The notes under the pieces: model-generated
Seen by the model: the letters and a program-made list of their open reading frames with translations, nothing else
Database searches by the model: none
What the model was told of the DNA's origin: nothing
Position numbers and translations under genes: made by a program
From: Phoronis australis
Taxonomy: Eukaryota; Animalia; Phoronida
Assembly (NCBI GenBank): GCA_002633005.1
Contig: NMRA01000048.1
Location: forward strand, 1,165,582 to 1,229,581
Length of the DNA: 64,000 nt
Reading direction: 5' to 3'
Shown here: piece after piece, positions 36,651-50,747 of the stretch
How the letters are laid out: the number at the start of each line of letters is the position of its first letter
Numbering within the stretch: position 1 is the stretch's first letter

Positions 36651-39130
36651 TAGGTTTTATGTGTATATTGATAAAGCATAAACATCGTGCCAGGTGAACA
36701 GTGCAATGGGTCCACCCGAGGTGTGCACCAGACTGCCTGCAATTTTATTTGTGTGTTTTAATCGTAGCACCTGTAAATTTGGTTCCAACAGTATCACTCT
36801 GAGCCCACTAGTGTCATAAATTGTCAAATGTAATGAACTGTTAGGGTTGCTTTTTTCTACGTCACCAGGGGAATCGCCTTTTAATACTTTTAAACAGCTG
36901 TGAATAACACCTGCATGCAATGGTGTTCTATTCAGATCCCAATTCGACTACAACTGTTTTCAGCCTTTTGTTTTTTGTGCTGGGATCTTGCGGTAACACA
37001 ATATGGCACAAAAAGGCAACTTCGCCTATTATTTGACGATCCTATATTTGAGTGATTAAACTTGCATTTTCTTATTTTGCTAAGACTTTGCTTGGACTAT
37101 GTGGTTAGCAATAGACCTAAAATAACAAAATTCTGTTGAAGTTGAGGGTTAAAGAAGGTGACCTATTAGGTTAAAGTCTACATCTATCTCATCTGGAAGT
37201 TGCTTGGTTTTAGCTCTTGTAGCTCAGTTCACATGGGGTTGAAGTGTATTGAATGAGTACTACTTTATTTCACATCATCACCAAGACTTATAAAACCACT
37301 GTTTATTACTGTATTGTACTATGCTGATATTGCACTAAAACAGCCATTGTAGTCAAGGTCAACAAGCTTTTGAATTGTATGAGGGTTTTGGAAAAGGAAT
37401 AGCGGTGTTTATAGGCATGTTTTTGTAAGCAGCTAAATACTGCAGGCTGATATGGTTTTGGGTCTTTATAAAATATACAAGTAGACAAGTGAGCTACCTG
37501 AAGAAAGAATGTCTTGTCACTGAGTATAGTTTTAATGACAGAGGTTTCCAACAAAGCTACCTACTACAACACAGTTTCAGTTAGCCTCTTGCCAACACAC
37601 AGAACATTGCTTACCAAATGTCTGTGAACGCCATTTTTTCACCAGAAACAACTCTAGCAGTCAGTTGTTTGGTCGTAATATGGTAGTCACTTTGTGAGAA
37701 AATGCTATTAGCTACTATCACGTTTTGTTTAAATGCATCCAGCAGTAGAAAAACATAAATGTTAATATTTATTGACAGGTTTATGAACTTAGATTGCACA
37801 CTACAGGTGTGCCAATTGGACGAACTAATGATAGCTAAGGGCCAAATTCAAGGTCCTGTTTTTATAGTTTGTTCTTTATTAGCTTAGCAATTGTTATGGA
37901 AGGAGAAGTATTTTTGTACACTAAACTGCTTAATTGCTGTCTCAACTGCATTTGAGAAAATGCATATCTCACTCGCACCTAGCCAAGTTGTATCGAGGTG
38001 AACAGTACTTTAATTTGCATGTTACATCCGTTTAAGTGAAAAGCAACCCAGTTAACAACATTTTCTTGCATCACTCTCCTTGGCTCCCTTCCATGAAACT
38101 ATTTCATTCTTAACTTAAGCTGAAACAACAATGCTGTCATTCCACAAGTCATGTTGGGCTTGTTGAACAATGCAGTTGATGTCATGCCAACTATGGAACG
38201 GAGCCCAACTTGTTACGAAGGACATTTGTGACGCACGCACGCGCCATGTGCTGGATTTTTTTCGTGAAGTGGTGGCGACCTCGTCAAAGCAAAATTTGCT
38301 CAAACATTCTTGTTGCTGGCAATAAAATAATAAGAACCTGTCACTAAGTGAAACTAATTCTGGTATTTTGCTGTTACCTTGTGAAAAAAGAAAATTTTAT
38401 TGAAAAATTGGCGAAAAACGAAATTGTCGCTCTAATTCATGGCACCCAGAGTCAATGCATATAATCACTTGACAAGTTTAGCGACAGAATAATAAAACAA
38501 CAACAGTTTTTTAGCTTCTATAACAATTTAATTTGCTCAAGGAAGAGTGTTATAGATTTTGATTGCAGAAATTTTCAGATTTTATTTGACTTGCTGTTTA
38601 CCCGGAGTGATCCACATCCCCATATATATTAAGGCTAACTGTTGCCAATCGTTTTATAACTTCATGAGCACATTTGGAATGAGTAGTTGTTATTTTATCA
38701 AATCAATTATACCGTAAACCTTGTTGCTACCAATTGTTCGAAGATTTCACCGGAACACTAATTTTGTTGTGACTGGATGTTGGCTCTTGAAACATCCACT
38801 AAACCTTCATCACAAAAAAAGAGTCACTAAAAATTATTAATTTCCTTCATAGTCCTCCGTGACATTGTTACCAATGACAGGCAGCAATGTCCAGTCGTCA
38901 CAATGCAGCAGCAGCAGCAGGAATATTTAAAAATTCCGCGACAATGTAAAAGGAACCACGGTGCGAAACCTGTACGGGATAAAACCTGATGATAACTTGT
39001 CAACGCCCTTATCATTTGATCATCATCTTCATCATCTAAACAGTCAGGACTTTGTACAAGCATGACCATATAATATGTCAGTTAGATTCATCACAAATTG
39101 TTGATTGACTAGCTGAAAACCAGGCACCAT

Positions 39131-39967
39131 GTGTATAGGCAGTGTATATTGTTTCCAGCACTACACCAGTGTATAGGCAATGTATATTGTTTCCAACACT
39201 ACACCAGTGTATAGGCAATGTATATTGTTTCCAACACTACACTAGTGTATAGGCAATGTATATTGTTTCCAACACTACACCAGTGTATAGGCAATGTATA
39301 TTGTTTCCAACACTACACCAGTGTATAGGCAATGTATATTGTTTCCAACACTACACCAGTGTATAGGCAATGTATATTGTTTCCAACACTACACCAGTGT
39401 ATAGGCAATGTATATTGTTTCCAACACTACACCAGTGTATAGGCAATGTATATTGTTTCCAACACTACACCAGTGTATAGGCAATGTATATTGTTTCCAA
39501 CACTACACCAGTGTATAGGCAATGTATATTGTTTCCAACACTACACCAGTGTATAGGCAATGTATATTGTTTCCAACACTACACCAGTGTATAGGCAATG
39601 TATATTGTTTCCAACACTACACCAGTGTATAGGCAATGTATATTGTTTCCAACACTACACCAGTGTATAGGCAATGTATATTGTTTCCAACACTACACCA
39701 GTGTATAGGCAATGTATATTGTTTCCAACACTACACCAGTGTATAGGCAATGTATATTGTTTCCAACACTACACCAGTGTATAGGCAATGTATATTGTTT
39801 CCAACACTACACCAGTGTATAGGCAATGTATATTGTTTCCAACACTACACCAGTGTATAGGCAATGTATATTGTTTCCAACACTACACCAGTGTATAGGC
39901 AATGTATATTGTTTCCAACTCTACACCATTGTATAGGCAATGCATATTGTTTCCAGTACTACACCAA
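39131..39967. repeat. About 22 copies of a 38-bp unit (GTGTATAGGCAATGTATATTGTTTCCAACACTACACCA)
   Basis: Near-identical copies, degenerate only at the array edges. Confidence 0.98.
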
Positions 39968-40068
39968 TATACATTGGATTTTATTTCTTGACTGCAGATA
40001 TTGAAACCAATAGTCAATACTTCACTTGAGAGCATATTGGTGATTTGCATCAACCACATAAGCTATTA

Positions 40069-40872
40069 CAGTCAAGTGACCTAACTATCGGACGTTTTGG
40101 CACATTTTGCATTATATTTAATTGAAAATACTACGGATTGTTGTAAATTCTTTGCTGAAATAAAGATTTACTTTCACGGAATTGTTCTGTTACTATATCT
40201 TGTCACTGAAAGCCACATTTATGTTCCGACTGATTTTCAAAAAACACAACAACAAAACCTTCGGAGAACCTAAATATCGGACACCATGTTTCTCCATACG
40301 TCACACCGCGGAAAACTGACTAACCATGTAATGGCCGCGGGCACCTTGTCGCCAAATTTCAGCTCGAGTGTTTTGACATATATGCTGCTAGAACCCAGGT
40401 CCATTCGCAACAAAATTGTCCATAAAATGAAATCTGATGACGGCGCCAAGTCGTTTCGATGAATTAGTGCAGACGACTAAAGCACGTGCAAACTCGCTGC
40501 AGTTTTTAGTATCACTTAGGCTTCTTGATATGACACCCGCACGTGCGCGGTCGGGGTTTGACTTGAGTTTAAGAACAAACGAAAAAATGGAACAGTGACA
40601 TATTGTCAGTTCAATGAGATGGTGTCATTGTGGAAAAAGATTTTAATTTTCAACTTTTATAACCGATTTATGCAATCGTCCATTTTAGGCCGACTTGGGG
40701 GTCTAAATTGCACCCTCTCTCGGTGAAATCAAAACGAGGCAACGCTGTAAAAAACGAGACGGTGCCGGACATTGAATGCATTACAAGGGAACAAAAATTG
40801 GTGTCATTTAATTCTCAGATTATGCTTCAAGTAAGATTCTATGAAATGTCCGATAATTAGGTACACTATGTG
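40069..40872. mobile_element. ~0.8-kb Tc1/mariner-like non-autonomous element
   Basis: Imperfect TIR (AGTG(T)ACCTAA(C/T)TATCGGAC(G/A)TTT) flanked by TA on both sides; CpG-richer interior. Confidence 0.55.
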
Positions 40873-41130
40873 TATTTAACTACAAGCCATTTAATGCTTG
40901 CCATCAGTGGCTGGAATAATATCACAACAGTTGGTAGTTATGGATGAAATTCTTTTGAATCTCATCCAAATTTTTGTAACACTGTACAAATAACATTCAT
41001 TCAAGTCTGTGTCTGGATTATGTAATACAGCATGCACACAGCCTAATAATAGACACAGGTCAATGAGTGTTTCAGTGTGCCCAACAAGGTTTTGTCCATG
41101 TATTACGGTATGTAGTAAAGTGCTCTAGCA

Positions 41131-41482
41131 CAAGGTACCTAAACTACAGTTACCAGTCTCATAAACACAGTCATGGGCGCATGAACACAACTCACGGACC
41201 TGCAAACACCATCCACTGACTCGCAAACACGGGAACGGACTCACTGGCTTCCTGGGTCAGCTCACATCTACATTTTGTCCGTAAACCATGTTTGGCGGTC
41301 CGTTAACCGTGTTTCTTTGTGAATGTGAGTCGTGTTCTGTGTATTTGGGTGAATGGATCATGTTTTGTGAGTCCGTTCCCATGTTTGTGAGTCAGTGGAC
41401 AGTGTTTGCAGGTCTGTGAGTCGTGTTCATGGGTCCATGACCATGTTTATGAGTCTGTTAACTGTGTAGTTTAGGTACCTTG
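41131..41482. mobile_element. 352-bp foldback MITE, 5-bp TSD
   Basis: CAAGGTACCTAAACTACA...TGTAGTTTAGGTACCTTG; imperfect inverted arms over ~110 bp; TAGCA on both flanks. Confidence 0.85.
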
Positions 41483-44400
41483 TAGCAGATGTCTAGAAAT
41501 AAACCCACCTAGATGTGTAGCATAACAACCAAGCACTACATGTTCATCTTCATGAGTAACAAATGGAGGATTATACCTTTGAAAATGATACATTTTTCTC
41601 TGAGTGCTTGAAATCAATCAATCCCAGACTAAACCACAGATTTTCAAAATTTGATTTAAGCGGTATATTTCACCGTAAGTAAAATTTTCATAATACATGA
41701 AATGCTGCGCTTCACAATACTGTTACAGATTAATACAATACTGACTGCATTAGGTTTCTGAAATCATCTCCACTCAGCTTACAGGTTTATTACCGTTACT
41801 AAACAATGCAAAAAACATTTGCAGTAACAATAAAATTTGGTAATACTTATTCCATTCAAAGATTTCCCATCTCCAAAAGTTTACCTTGCCGCACATTTGC
41901 CGCATATGTAAGGCAAAAAATGCCACTGTCCTAAAGCGTACTTTGAAAATATTCCCTGAGCACAAGATGGAGGGCTAATGAGGAAGGTCTATCATTTAAT
42001 TATCTGGAGAATTCTACTCATTAGATTATGTCTATTGGCTCTTAAGTTCCTGGAAACAGTTATTTTTGCTCTTTTTTCTTCTTGGAATTTGTTCATGAAT
42101 GTTTACAGCAGAGTTGTCTTGAACTGCTGTGTGCTTGTGTGTAATAACCCCCAACCCATCTTGGTTGTAATCTGTGTCTCGATGCTTGACACCTGCCACC
42201 ATTCTGGTAGCTGTCTTTTTGCGGGAGTAAAACAATTGATTGTAAATTGTCCCCAACATGAAAAGTGAACTAATGGAGGTACGGTATATCATTTTTCTTG
42301 GATTCTTTGTTCCTTCTGTTGACGAGGGATCCAGGTTTGCAAGCAGTGTAGACACACTGAGGAACACTGCACTGCAGTGAGCTTTCCAACTAAAAGCCCT
42401 GTTTAAATTCCCGTCATGTTGTGCACACTGACACAGCACATGATGACTAGCGTCAAATCGGCCATTCACACATACGACTCAGAAATGGTGGCAAGGTAGA
42501 AGTTGTAGGCAAGAATATGGAATGCGTGTGTTCAAAGTTACAAATGGTGAGAGTTATTCATGTTGAGAAAGAGAAAATCCTGCAGACTTTTGCATATGAG
42601 AGGCATATGATTGAACAGGTAAAGGAAATCAGGCATAGACATGGTGCAAAAATGGTCACCTGTATTCAAGTACAAAATTGTGCATCCGCTGGTAATGCCA
42701 CTGTATCTACCTTGTAGTTTCTCGTTAAGACACATAGGTTATGCGGAACTAGATGATATGGAGGGTAGGGTGCACGTTGCACTACCTCAAATGCCAATCA
42801 GCAAAAAATTAACACCCCCCACTGGTTCTGTGTCAGCTGCTACCTATCAGCTATTTTAATGTAAACAAGGCTGTAAGTTTCCAGGGTGGTTGGAATTAAA
42901 GTACTTGTGTACTGTATTTAGACATGCACAGCACTTATTACTTAGAGCTCAGACTTCAAATAAATCAACTAAGCGGTGGCAATGAATGAATGTTGAATTC
43001 TTTTAAGTTGTGTGATTAGGAATGCAAGCTGGTGTTAAAAAAACAGATTAAGAGGTTCTAACTCAAAACATGAACTGAAACATGAGTAGTGCTTAGTAAG
43101 CATCCTAGCTTTGTAAGGAAAGACTCTCTCCTCCATTCTGTCATTTGTTTTGATAAGCGCCCTCTGTGGACTTTTTAGTGATATTTTCTCATAGCGGTAT
43201 GAAACATGAACATACATAAAGTGATAAAAAATTAACGGTCTTCCAACTTTCAGTGACTTCTTGTGTTGCTTTTCCACCAATGCTAAAACTTGCCTGTTTT
43301 TAAGGCTGATTAAACTGCAGAGTTGTGCAAGTCCCCTGCTGTGAGAAAGAGTAAATTTACCATACTGTAATACACATAACCAACAGTGTGAATCAACCAC
43401 ACCATGCATGGTGTTCATGAGTTCCAAACCAATGATAGTGACTAGTACCAGTCTGGCAGTTAGTGAACTTGAAACTTACTGTATGAGGAAGCACTGATAT
43501 CTTAAGTGGCCTTTAGGACAGAAGCTGGTTCGAGGCGGAAGCACTTATCATTAAAACGCAAGATCGCCAGGCCAATCACAGTTGATTCTGATCCGTACCT
43601 CAACTCATTTTGAAAGCTGCGCTCACTACTAAAAAGTGCCCCCCCTCGTATTAAAATCCTTGTGAGGCAAAAGTGTCTGCAAACACGATGCACTGCCTCT
43701 CACCCACAAATTCCCCCCCCCCCTCCTGAAAAAGTAAGCAGGTAACCTTTGTTTTCATTTGCTTTGTGGGAAAGAAGTATGGATTTCCCAGTTTTTGTGA
43801 AGGGGGCGAGGTTTATAGCCACTTTAAATTAGCTTTAGCTGGTGTTTCAAATATGTTATCTCACTTATAGCTTCGCTCCTTTGTTTTTAATGTTCTCAGA
43901 GGTCACACTTGGAGATCAGACACAAGTTCTGGGTTGCACTCCAAGTGATCCTGTGATTAGATGTTGGTACCTCATTCTTCTTTTGTCAATGCTGAGTGCT
44001 TTCTGGGCGCCTCCATTTATTGAGAGCCCCAGGTGTGGTCGCAGGTCGTCTCTGTCTCATAGAGAAATTTGCTGTATGTGGTGCTATTGAAGAGAGCACG
44101 GCTGACGTTGACTTTCGGATAGTCCAACCACTGTGACACTCCTACTGGCAATTTGTTCCTCGCCTTTGCTTCAATATCTATGGTAAAAGTTCTCCGCTTT
44201 GGGACAGTGGACAATTGTTTTGCTCAAGGTCGGAGCTTGTATGAAAATTTTAGTAAGCTGATATTGGTTGTCGAATGATCTGGCAAATTATCTTTCACTT
44301 TGGTTTTACTTGGCATGAAAATATTGGTTCTGAGGCTGTTTTTGATGATTTTACAAACTGCTAACTGTTCTTAGAGTCTACATGTACCAGTTTTTGGATG

Positions 44401-45019
44401 AATCTTTATGAATTTTGGTTCATGCATTCGTAATCTTGAGGTGAAGCAGAATTCCAAGTTAAAGCACAGCAGAAATCCTACTTGAAAATATTAGCTCTAT
44501 GTACATCTTCATCATTAGCAATGTGCCTGGTGGGCACACAGCAAAGCTCTGCCTTGCTCTTCTAAATATTTAATTTACTAGACTTCAATTACAGGTTGAA
44601 ACTCAGACAGTTTATGCAATGGGCTGCATTGTGTTTGTCTTTCTAACCTTAGGCTAATAGATGAATGAATGTCTGAACATGAAAGTTACTTGTAGATATT
44701 AAAGGCCCTTTTCCATACAGTTCATTCTGCTACTGTCAGAGATTTGATGGTAACTGTGGTTAAAGATGCTTAGTAGTGTTAAATTGTGAATATGCAAATG
44801 AAGTACTAATTTACCAAAAAAACTGGTTCTCCACTGTGCTGAAAATCATCCGAGAGCCAGTTACCATTACAATCTCGTGAAAGTCTCATTTTGCGAGACT
44901 ATTTTTATGTAAATGAGCGTGGTAATATTTCATCGTTACCGTAATTTCACTATCACATAATGATTGCGTAATATTTGGAATTATACCACAATATTAGCAT
45001 CAAATGGCAGATACAACCG

Positions 45020-45207
45020 TGTAATAACCCATAAAGTTATCTCACTAGTGAGATAACGATTTGGCGGGAAACCGAGGACGGGGTCGAACCCGGGACCCTG
45101 ATATTGCTGGTCGCCGACTTTAACCACTACACCACTCAGCGACTGACGTCATCAAGTGTGAAAATAGAATACTTAAATGAGCACGCGCAATAATCGCACG
45201 TTCAACA
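45020..45207 (-). mobile_element. 188-bp solo-LTR-like element with a tRNA-derived Pol III promoter (second family)
   Basis: Minus strand TGTTGAAC...GTTATTACA; AACCG at 45015-45019 and 45208-45212; box A TGGTGTAGTGG, box B GGTTCGACCCC. Confidence 0.7.
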
Positions 45208-45621
45208 AACCGCATTGTATTGTACTTATACGCTCCGAAAAATAAGACACATAATTTCCATAAAAATGATATCTTAATTCAGTGAATTTTTTCTCTCATG
45301 TCCTCTTACTTGTAAATCACCGATCTCCAGTTTGAATGCAGGTATCGTGTCGTCAGGATCTTTGACTTGAGAATTATATTCAGTTACCAGTGGTAACCTA
45401 CTTTAGCAGACGATAATTTCCCGGTCGAAGCTTAGCGTGTAAAAAACGTGTTTTAAGCTATAATAGTTGCTTAACCTTAATTTAGAGATTCACTTCATTT
45501 CTATTTTGTTTAAATTTCCAATTGGTTTTGAGTATAAGTATAATTTGACAAAAATAGCTCGGCTTTTCTTAAAAGGTCACGACCTCCGACCCCGGGCCTC
45601 TGACATAGAAAGTAGTTACAA

Positions 45622-45695
45622 NNNNNNNNNNNNNNNNNNNNNNNNNNNNNNNNNNNNNNNNNNNNNNNNNNNNNNNNNNNNNNNNNNNNNNNNNN
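45622..45695. other. Assembly gap (N run)
   Basis: Ns in the sequence. Confidence 1.
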
Positions 45696-45749
45696 TGACT
45701 TCAGGGTAAGTTTTCTTCCTCTCATATCATGATGGTGGACATGGTCATC

Positions 45750-46500
45750 CCCAGGAGAGTTCATTATGAATGTCCCACGTTGAGCTCATTTTGATTTTCT
45801 ATTGGGCAATGGAAAATCCATCCTTTGGAACATGCTCATTTCAAATCAATGATTGATAATCTAAAGCTGATATTCGCCATTGTTTTCTACACAGTGTGTT
45901 TTGTTCCAGGTGTTCCAGTTGAATCAATAATCCAACTATGAGTGATGGTGTAGCTGTTTGAAGGTATGGAGATAAATAATGTCTAGCTCTACCTTTGTCT
46001 GTCTTCCTGGAAATGTCCATTAAAAGTGTGAAAATCAGCACATGGTGTTGTGACTATCATAGCTTTAGTTGTTTATAATCTGGGTGGAACTTAAATTTAA
46101 GTTTGTGTGGCATGTTCTGGGTCAGTGGGGGTCACAGGTTTAGTTGATCTCATCTTGCACAGTTTCCTGAGGCGTCAATTAAAAGACAACTTTTAAAAGT
46201 TATGCGCAACATTGGTTGGGTCTAGTTGGATGAGATTTGTCTTAAGAGTGAAGCGTTGAATTTTTGTTAGGTTTGTTTTGGCTCTTGCTATTTCTCTTAG
46301 TCTATGGCGATCATGCATAATTTTCTTCTTGAGACTCTGGGTTGTAGTTTTAATCAACATCAGTCTATAGGAGGCATTCGTCTATGACGTAAATCATGAA
46401 TAGATTTTTATTCTTGGTGCTTGTGCAGTGTGCACCCCGGCTCTTTTTGATAGTGTGAATAGCATATTGTTTGTGTCTAGTTGCCATGTTCAGGTGTTTT
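45750..46500 (-). mobile_element. Possible heavily decayed non-LTR retrotransposon 3' fragment
   Basis: Faint echoes of post-RT motifs (DPH, QE.R.R..TLF) across shifting frames; boundaries approximate. Confidence 0.25.
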
Positions 46501-49500
46501 AACCCGTTTGGCAACTAATGTGAGTTAGGTGTCCTAAAGTTACCAAAATAGCTTCATGCAATATTACCCTAAGGACCAATAGGGTACCTAGAATTAACCG
46601 CATATTTTCCTTGAGTTATGACGCTCTGGCACTTTGAAGAACCAGTGTTGTACTAATGTACTCATTCATGAATGATGGATAAAAGGTTTAGCAAAGGTAG
46701 TGATTATACCAAACTTTAGTAAAATATTTACTGTGTATTGTACAACAATTCTTCACTTGTTTTGTTCAAAAATAATTGTCAAATTATCACGTCTCTGTTT
46801 TTCTACGTCCAGTACTTTGCTGCTCATCTTAGATGGCTATTTGTGTTGAGAAATGAGGCAAAATAAAAGTTCACTTGTTTGCCATTTTGTTTGTTAACTT
46901 CAGGTTCTAATTTACAGTACTCCTTGGTGCTCTGTTAGTCACAACCTCACAGTTCGGGTTTTTATGTTTATTTCGAAAATTGTACTGTAAAATAATTGGT
47001 GTCAAGCTCAGAAAATATTATATAAATATAGCTGGACGTAAAAACTGTAAATTTGATATTAGTATATATATTTACATAATTTACATATGCATTTGAATAT
47101 GCATATACAAATGTACTAAGAATTTCAGAGATAAGTTCAATATTGTCCTTATAAATGATGAAGGTCACTGTTCTGTCAGACAAGACATCATGTCCTGTCT
47201 GATGCGCTTCTGGTATTCTGTATCACAGTAAAATCTCACCAGTTTTGGACAAAAATAACTGCCAAAACTTATATTTTTTTCATTTTTCAAAGACATCCAA
47301 CGTTGTTGTGAATGGCCACATTTCTAAGAATCATCTGATTAGCTATGGTATAGATCTTTTGTATCATTTCTTGTTACACATTGCACTGTGCTATGTTCAA
47401 CTTACTAAATGTTCACAATCAATTCTTACTTGTCAATGGTCAACCCACGTCTCAAATTTAAACAAATCCAATTCTTGCCTTCCGCATTGATTGCTCTCCC
47501 ATGCCGTGAGGTACGAAACAGCATTCCAGGTATGGCAGGCAGGTCAGCAGCCTCGCTTTCGCTCCCATGGAGATTCACATGTTAGCATCTGTCGTCTGAA
47601 TACTTTAACTCATGCCAGGAAAGTATCATAGCTGTGCCGCAGGCTGCAATCTGGTTCAAGGAAGTGGGATAACTTGGATCAGTATTCATGGATGTGGGAT
47701 GTCACATGTCACCCCTTCCTGATGGTTCTGGAGGACATAAATATCAAAACCCATCGTCCGTCGCAGAGCGCCACCGTTGTGCAATCAATATAATCTTACC
47801 TCACAGCAGGGAAGAGCAGGAGTCTGCTATATGAGAATTATTTTGTCCTGATGACCACTTCCCAATAATCTTGTTAATGCGCTGCAGTTCTTGAAGCCTG
47901 ACAATAGCAATATTGTCTTGTAATATATTTATTTATTCCTTTATTTAATGCCTTTCGTTTCTCACCAGTTTTTGTAATGCAGGAAATTCTAGATTTCTAC
48001 CTGTTGGGCTCTAAATTGAGAAAACTGTAGTGTATATACGGTGCCCAAACATGTCATAAAAAGTACTCTGGATCTTAATACCTCAAAATGGTTTTACTGG
48101 GAAGTAATGGGGTTTTTCCTATTCCTGTTATCCCGAAGTTTTTGTCGCGAGACACAGAAGTTATGGAGAGCATCACAGCCTACTAATTGCAGAGAAACGA
48201 TAATTAGGTTTTTTCAGACTCTGCACAGCTGACTTACTAAGGTTGGTTGGTACAATATTTGTCAATTTTCATGTACATTTTAACATGAAAATACAAGTTT
48301 ATGCAACCAGTTTCCCTCCATATCCAATCCTTGTCTTTGGTAATGAAATATTAAAGTACTAGAAATACTTTTCACTGGTGTAAAACCATGTAGAGGTATT
48401 AATCGAATATTAAATTCCTTGTATCTACTGCGATGGGAAGAAGACACCCATTCTTGCTTTGACAGTTATTAAATGTGGTATGTTTGTAGCAGCAGTTATT
48501 TACTCATATGCAGACAGTCTAGCACTGATGTGTTGATGTCAGCTCAGCTTCCTTTTGTATCTTTCATTGGTACAAGGAGAACACTACTCTTGAATTCCAC
48601 TCCTTCAGCATTTCTGAAGGGGTGTACAAGCCCTTCAGTTTTGATTAAGGTCCCCCATCAGCCACCGGTGCCTAGCAACAGTGTTTCTCTCAGCTGGCTA
48701 ATTAACCTCTGTATAAAACTGATTGCCTATTTCCACAATCCAGATACTGTTTTATATACATCAGATAACCTAGGGTAATGTTTATCAGATTTGTCTTTGG
48801 TCTGTAGAGTCTGCCAGCTTAAGGTACTTTAGGAACTTTAGTGCAGCATTTTATTCTTACCCAGATGATAAGCTGGCTGTGTTGATTGGAACCTGTGGGT
48901 TCACTGTTGTAAGTGAAGTAACACTGCTTTTCACAGCTTCCAGCTGAATGCAATTTCACCGGGAAAAGATGTGGGATTTGAAATGTGTTTAGCCACATTA
49001 AGACTCGATGTCCACCTTGTTTGTGTGATTTGAACTCAACTTGAGAGATTTTGCTATAGTGAGTACATTTCCATGTTTCAGTGTTAAACTATGAACGGAA
49101 TACTTGTGATTTACCTCCAGAACCAAGGGTGCATTCCATAAATGTAAGACTCTCGCAAGACACTTGAGGTCAGAAACGTTCTCTTATTGAATAGAAATCT
49201 GAATTTTCTCCTTTTTGCTGGCCACTTTGCTTACCGTATTTGCGAAACACTTGTCTTTACCATGGGATTTTGTGTGATCTTTTGGGAGGGGGTGTCAGTT
49301 GGGGGCGAGAGAGAGAGTAGGGTTACGGCATAGGAACTGTCAACTAAAAGAGGCTATACTGTACTCCATTCTCAGAATCTTACACGTACATCTTCAATTT
49401 CTCCCCATTCCCGGTAAATGTAGATTTCTAACTCATTTCTTCCCACCAACAAACAAACATAGAATGCAGAAGATTACATACACTGGGGGCATATGTTTCT

Positions 49501-50747
49501 CTGATCTTGCCTGATTTTTGCCGAACAATTCTGACTTCTGTCTGTTTACTTCCTGTTGCATTTTAAGCATGTGTTTGATGTGTGCTGACTGCTATGGTGG
49601 TAAATGCAGTGATTTCAGGAAATGAACAGAACAGTGGTGAATCAAAGATAATAAATCTACAAAAACTGTTGGCGTGGAAGTCAACATAGACTTCGAAACG
49701 AATTTATAGGGAATTATTGTCTGACTGATACAGTGGCGACTTGAGATTTTTCCCATGTCGACAAACGCAATCTGAGGTCGCATTGGCGACATGCAGGTTG
49801 CCAAATTGAGCACTGTTTGTATAGTGGTCATTTATAATGTTATAAAATCGTAATTTAATGAGTATTATATTATTTTCGTGCAAGTTTTAACTGGACTTAC
49901 TATTCATTAGACAATTTCATGTAGACGCTAGGTTATGGTAACTATGATAACTATAGTTTTGTGTAATATACTTCTGTTGTTACCCATCTATCATTTTTAC
50001 AACAGAAGAGTAAAACGGCTGTCATACAAAACTAGTTAAATCCTATTTAACTCCATAACGTTTTGAGCATCAAAAATGTGTGGCTTGTTGTTGTTTTTTT
50101 AAGCATCAAGCGAAAACTGTAATTAAAAATATTGCTTCATCTACTTTCTTTGCAGTTGTCCTAATTGTGTCTGCAAGTGTTGACTTGATGATTAGAAATT
50201 GATTTTTGTTTAAAATCCGTCTCTTTGTCCTGTGCAACTTTATCTGTTAGCATAGGTAATGTTTGATCTAGTGATTCATACGGTGTATAGATTTGGACGT
50301 CATAAAACAGGAGCAATATAGTTTTCTTTTGTGGCTAAGTCTCACGGAATAATCATCGGACACTGTGGCTGCAAAGAAAAGTCAGGGAAGTGTGAGATAA
50401 GGTGAAATAATACCGCTGTTGTGACTATAGATTCCATATCCCTTCAGCTTGACACTGTTTTCATGGATGATGTCAAGTGTATGCAAATGGTAGCTCTCTC
50501 ACAGTATGAGAAAAGATTTGTGTCTCTCTGATGCAGCTTTCTTGTGTTTTCTGATCGGGAGGAGGGGGGAGGGAACGTCTGATTGGCTGTCTGAAAAATT
50601 CATGTTTGAGTGGTAATAGGATGTTTGATCATATACACTGGGAATCTGCACCCTCACCCCCCAGGCAGATGTGCCCTCTTATCATGAGAAGCTTGTAAGT
50701 GGTCTGCTAAACATAACAGGACTTATCTGTCATCTGATAAAATCCAC

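Noticed and set aside
38100-39070. Possible promoter or 5' exon of an unseen gene (CpG-richer patch, CAG run, 80-aa ORF)
   Set aside because: No coherent reading frame or downstream exons could be identified.
39131-39967. CRISPR-like appearance of the 38-bp array (also the 29-, 50- and 16-bp arrays)
   Set aside because: Units are head-to-tail with no unique spacers, no cas genes are present, and the context is eukaryotic.
47500-47900. Exon-like minus-strand segments with good splice sites
   Set aside because: Stops in all three frames and no recognisable homology; could be non-coding or decayed, but unsupported.
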